Shown piece after piece: positions 63,512-64,000 of a DNA stretch of 64,000 nucleotides. The first letter of the stretch is position 1, and each line of letters opens with the position of its first letter. Position numbers and translations under genes: made by a program. The notes beneath the pieces are model-generated. The model made no database searches and had not been told where the DNA came from. It was given only the letters and a program-made list of their open reading frames with translations. The DNA is from an uncultured Ardenticatenaceae bacterium (lineage in GTDB: Bacteria > Chloroflexota > Anaerolineae > Promineifilales > Promineifilaceae): the NCBI GenBank assembly GCA_964410625.1, contig CAYPHY010000009.1, positions 48,992 through 112,991 of the forward strand. The letters are read 5' to 3'.

Positions 63512-64000
63512 TTGGCAACAGACGAGATCGCACAGGCTGTAGCTGAGCTTTGCAGGCAGCGACCAGACCTCAATTGCCGTACCATTGAGTCTGTCTTGAC
63601 GCTTTCCCTGGAGATTAAACGCGAGGGCCGGGAAGGGCGCAATATCGGCACGCTGTTTGTGGTTGCCGATACGGAAGAAACGCTGAAGCGCTCGAAGAGC
63701 CTGATCCTCGACCCGCTTTGGTACCATCCCGACGAGCATAAGCATATTGATGATCCCAACTTGCGGGAAACGTTAAAAGAGCTGGCACAGATGGATGGCG
63801 CGTTTATTGTTGCTGACAGTGGGACTGTCCTTTCTGCCTGCCGTTATATCAATGTGTCGGCCGAAGGGGTGGAACTGCCTCTGGGGCTTGGCAGTCGTCA
63901 TATGGCGGCCGCGTCCATCACCCGGCAAACAAAGGCGGTGGCTTTTGTCTGCTCCGAAAGCAGAGTCGTACGCATCTTTAACCAAGGCAAAATTGTCGCC
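63512..64000 (+). CDS. DisA_N/DAC-domain protein (putative diadenylate cyclase), 3' end beyond the window
   Basis: Absent from the ORF track because it runs off the edge. My translation from the TTG at 63512: MATDEIAQAVAELCRQ...GRNIGTLFVVAD...LAQMDGAFIVADSGTVLSACRYI...LGLGSRHMAAASIT.... It carries the DGA and (G/S)RH..A signatures of DAC domains. Confidence 0.75.
   Translation, partial: MATDEIAQAVAELCRQRPDLNCRTIESVLTLSLEIKREGREGRNIGTLFVVADTEETLKRSKSLILDPLWYHPDEHKHIDDPNLRETLKELAQMDGAFIVADSGTVLSACRYINVSAEGVELPLGLGSRHMAAASITRQTKAVAFVCSESRVVRIFNQGKIVA

Overview
This is a 64-kb chromosomal window from a bacterium of roughly 55-60% GC (estimated by eye). The protein repertoire suggests a filamentous Chloroflexota-like organism, but that taxon call is low confidence. 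I call about 60 protein genes. Housekeeping genes: cysS, leuS, tyrA, nth, an rlmB-like methyltransferase, hsp20 and a ribA-ribD(reductase) fusion. Starch/pullulan-maltodextrin locus: a cell-anchored pullulanase, a LacI regulator with a 40-nt palindromic operator, a sugar ABC transporter, a Tat-exported GH13 amylase, a large glycoside hydrolase and a GH16-like protein. Other genes: a glutamine-synthetase-like ligase with an amidohydrolase, lysine 2,3-aminomutase, IclR, two orphan N6-adenine DNA methyltransferases, a PIN/Phd toxin-antitoxin pair and several small low-GC cassettes. I recognised no rRNA, tRNA, CRISPR array, transposase or integrase. The most unusual content is at the DNA level. 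(1) The palindrome CGGCCG (often ACGGCCGT) occurs about once per 100-150 nt in native genes and is missing from the low-GC islands, which resembles the cyanobacterial HIP1 signature. (2) Almost every intergenic spacer carries arrays of 7-10-nt tandem words, usually arranged as inverted-repeat hairpins, in at least eight sequence families. Some are nested, some tandemly duplicated, and several are inserted in frame in coding genes, including leuS. (3) A segment of about 3.3 kb (about 30.85-34.17 kb) has an extreme, strand-fixed G>>C bias. It contains an orphan small/large terminase-like gene pair, with no other phage genes, divergent from a membrane-anchored P-loop/TPR (STAND-like) gene, and is followed by decayed gene fragments. 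All functional calls rest on motif recognition in the translations. No database search was possible.
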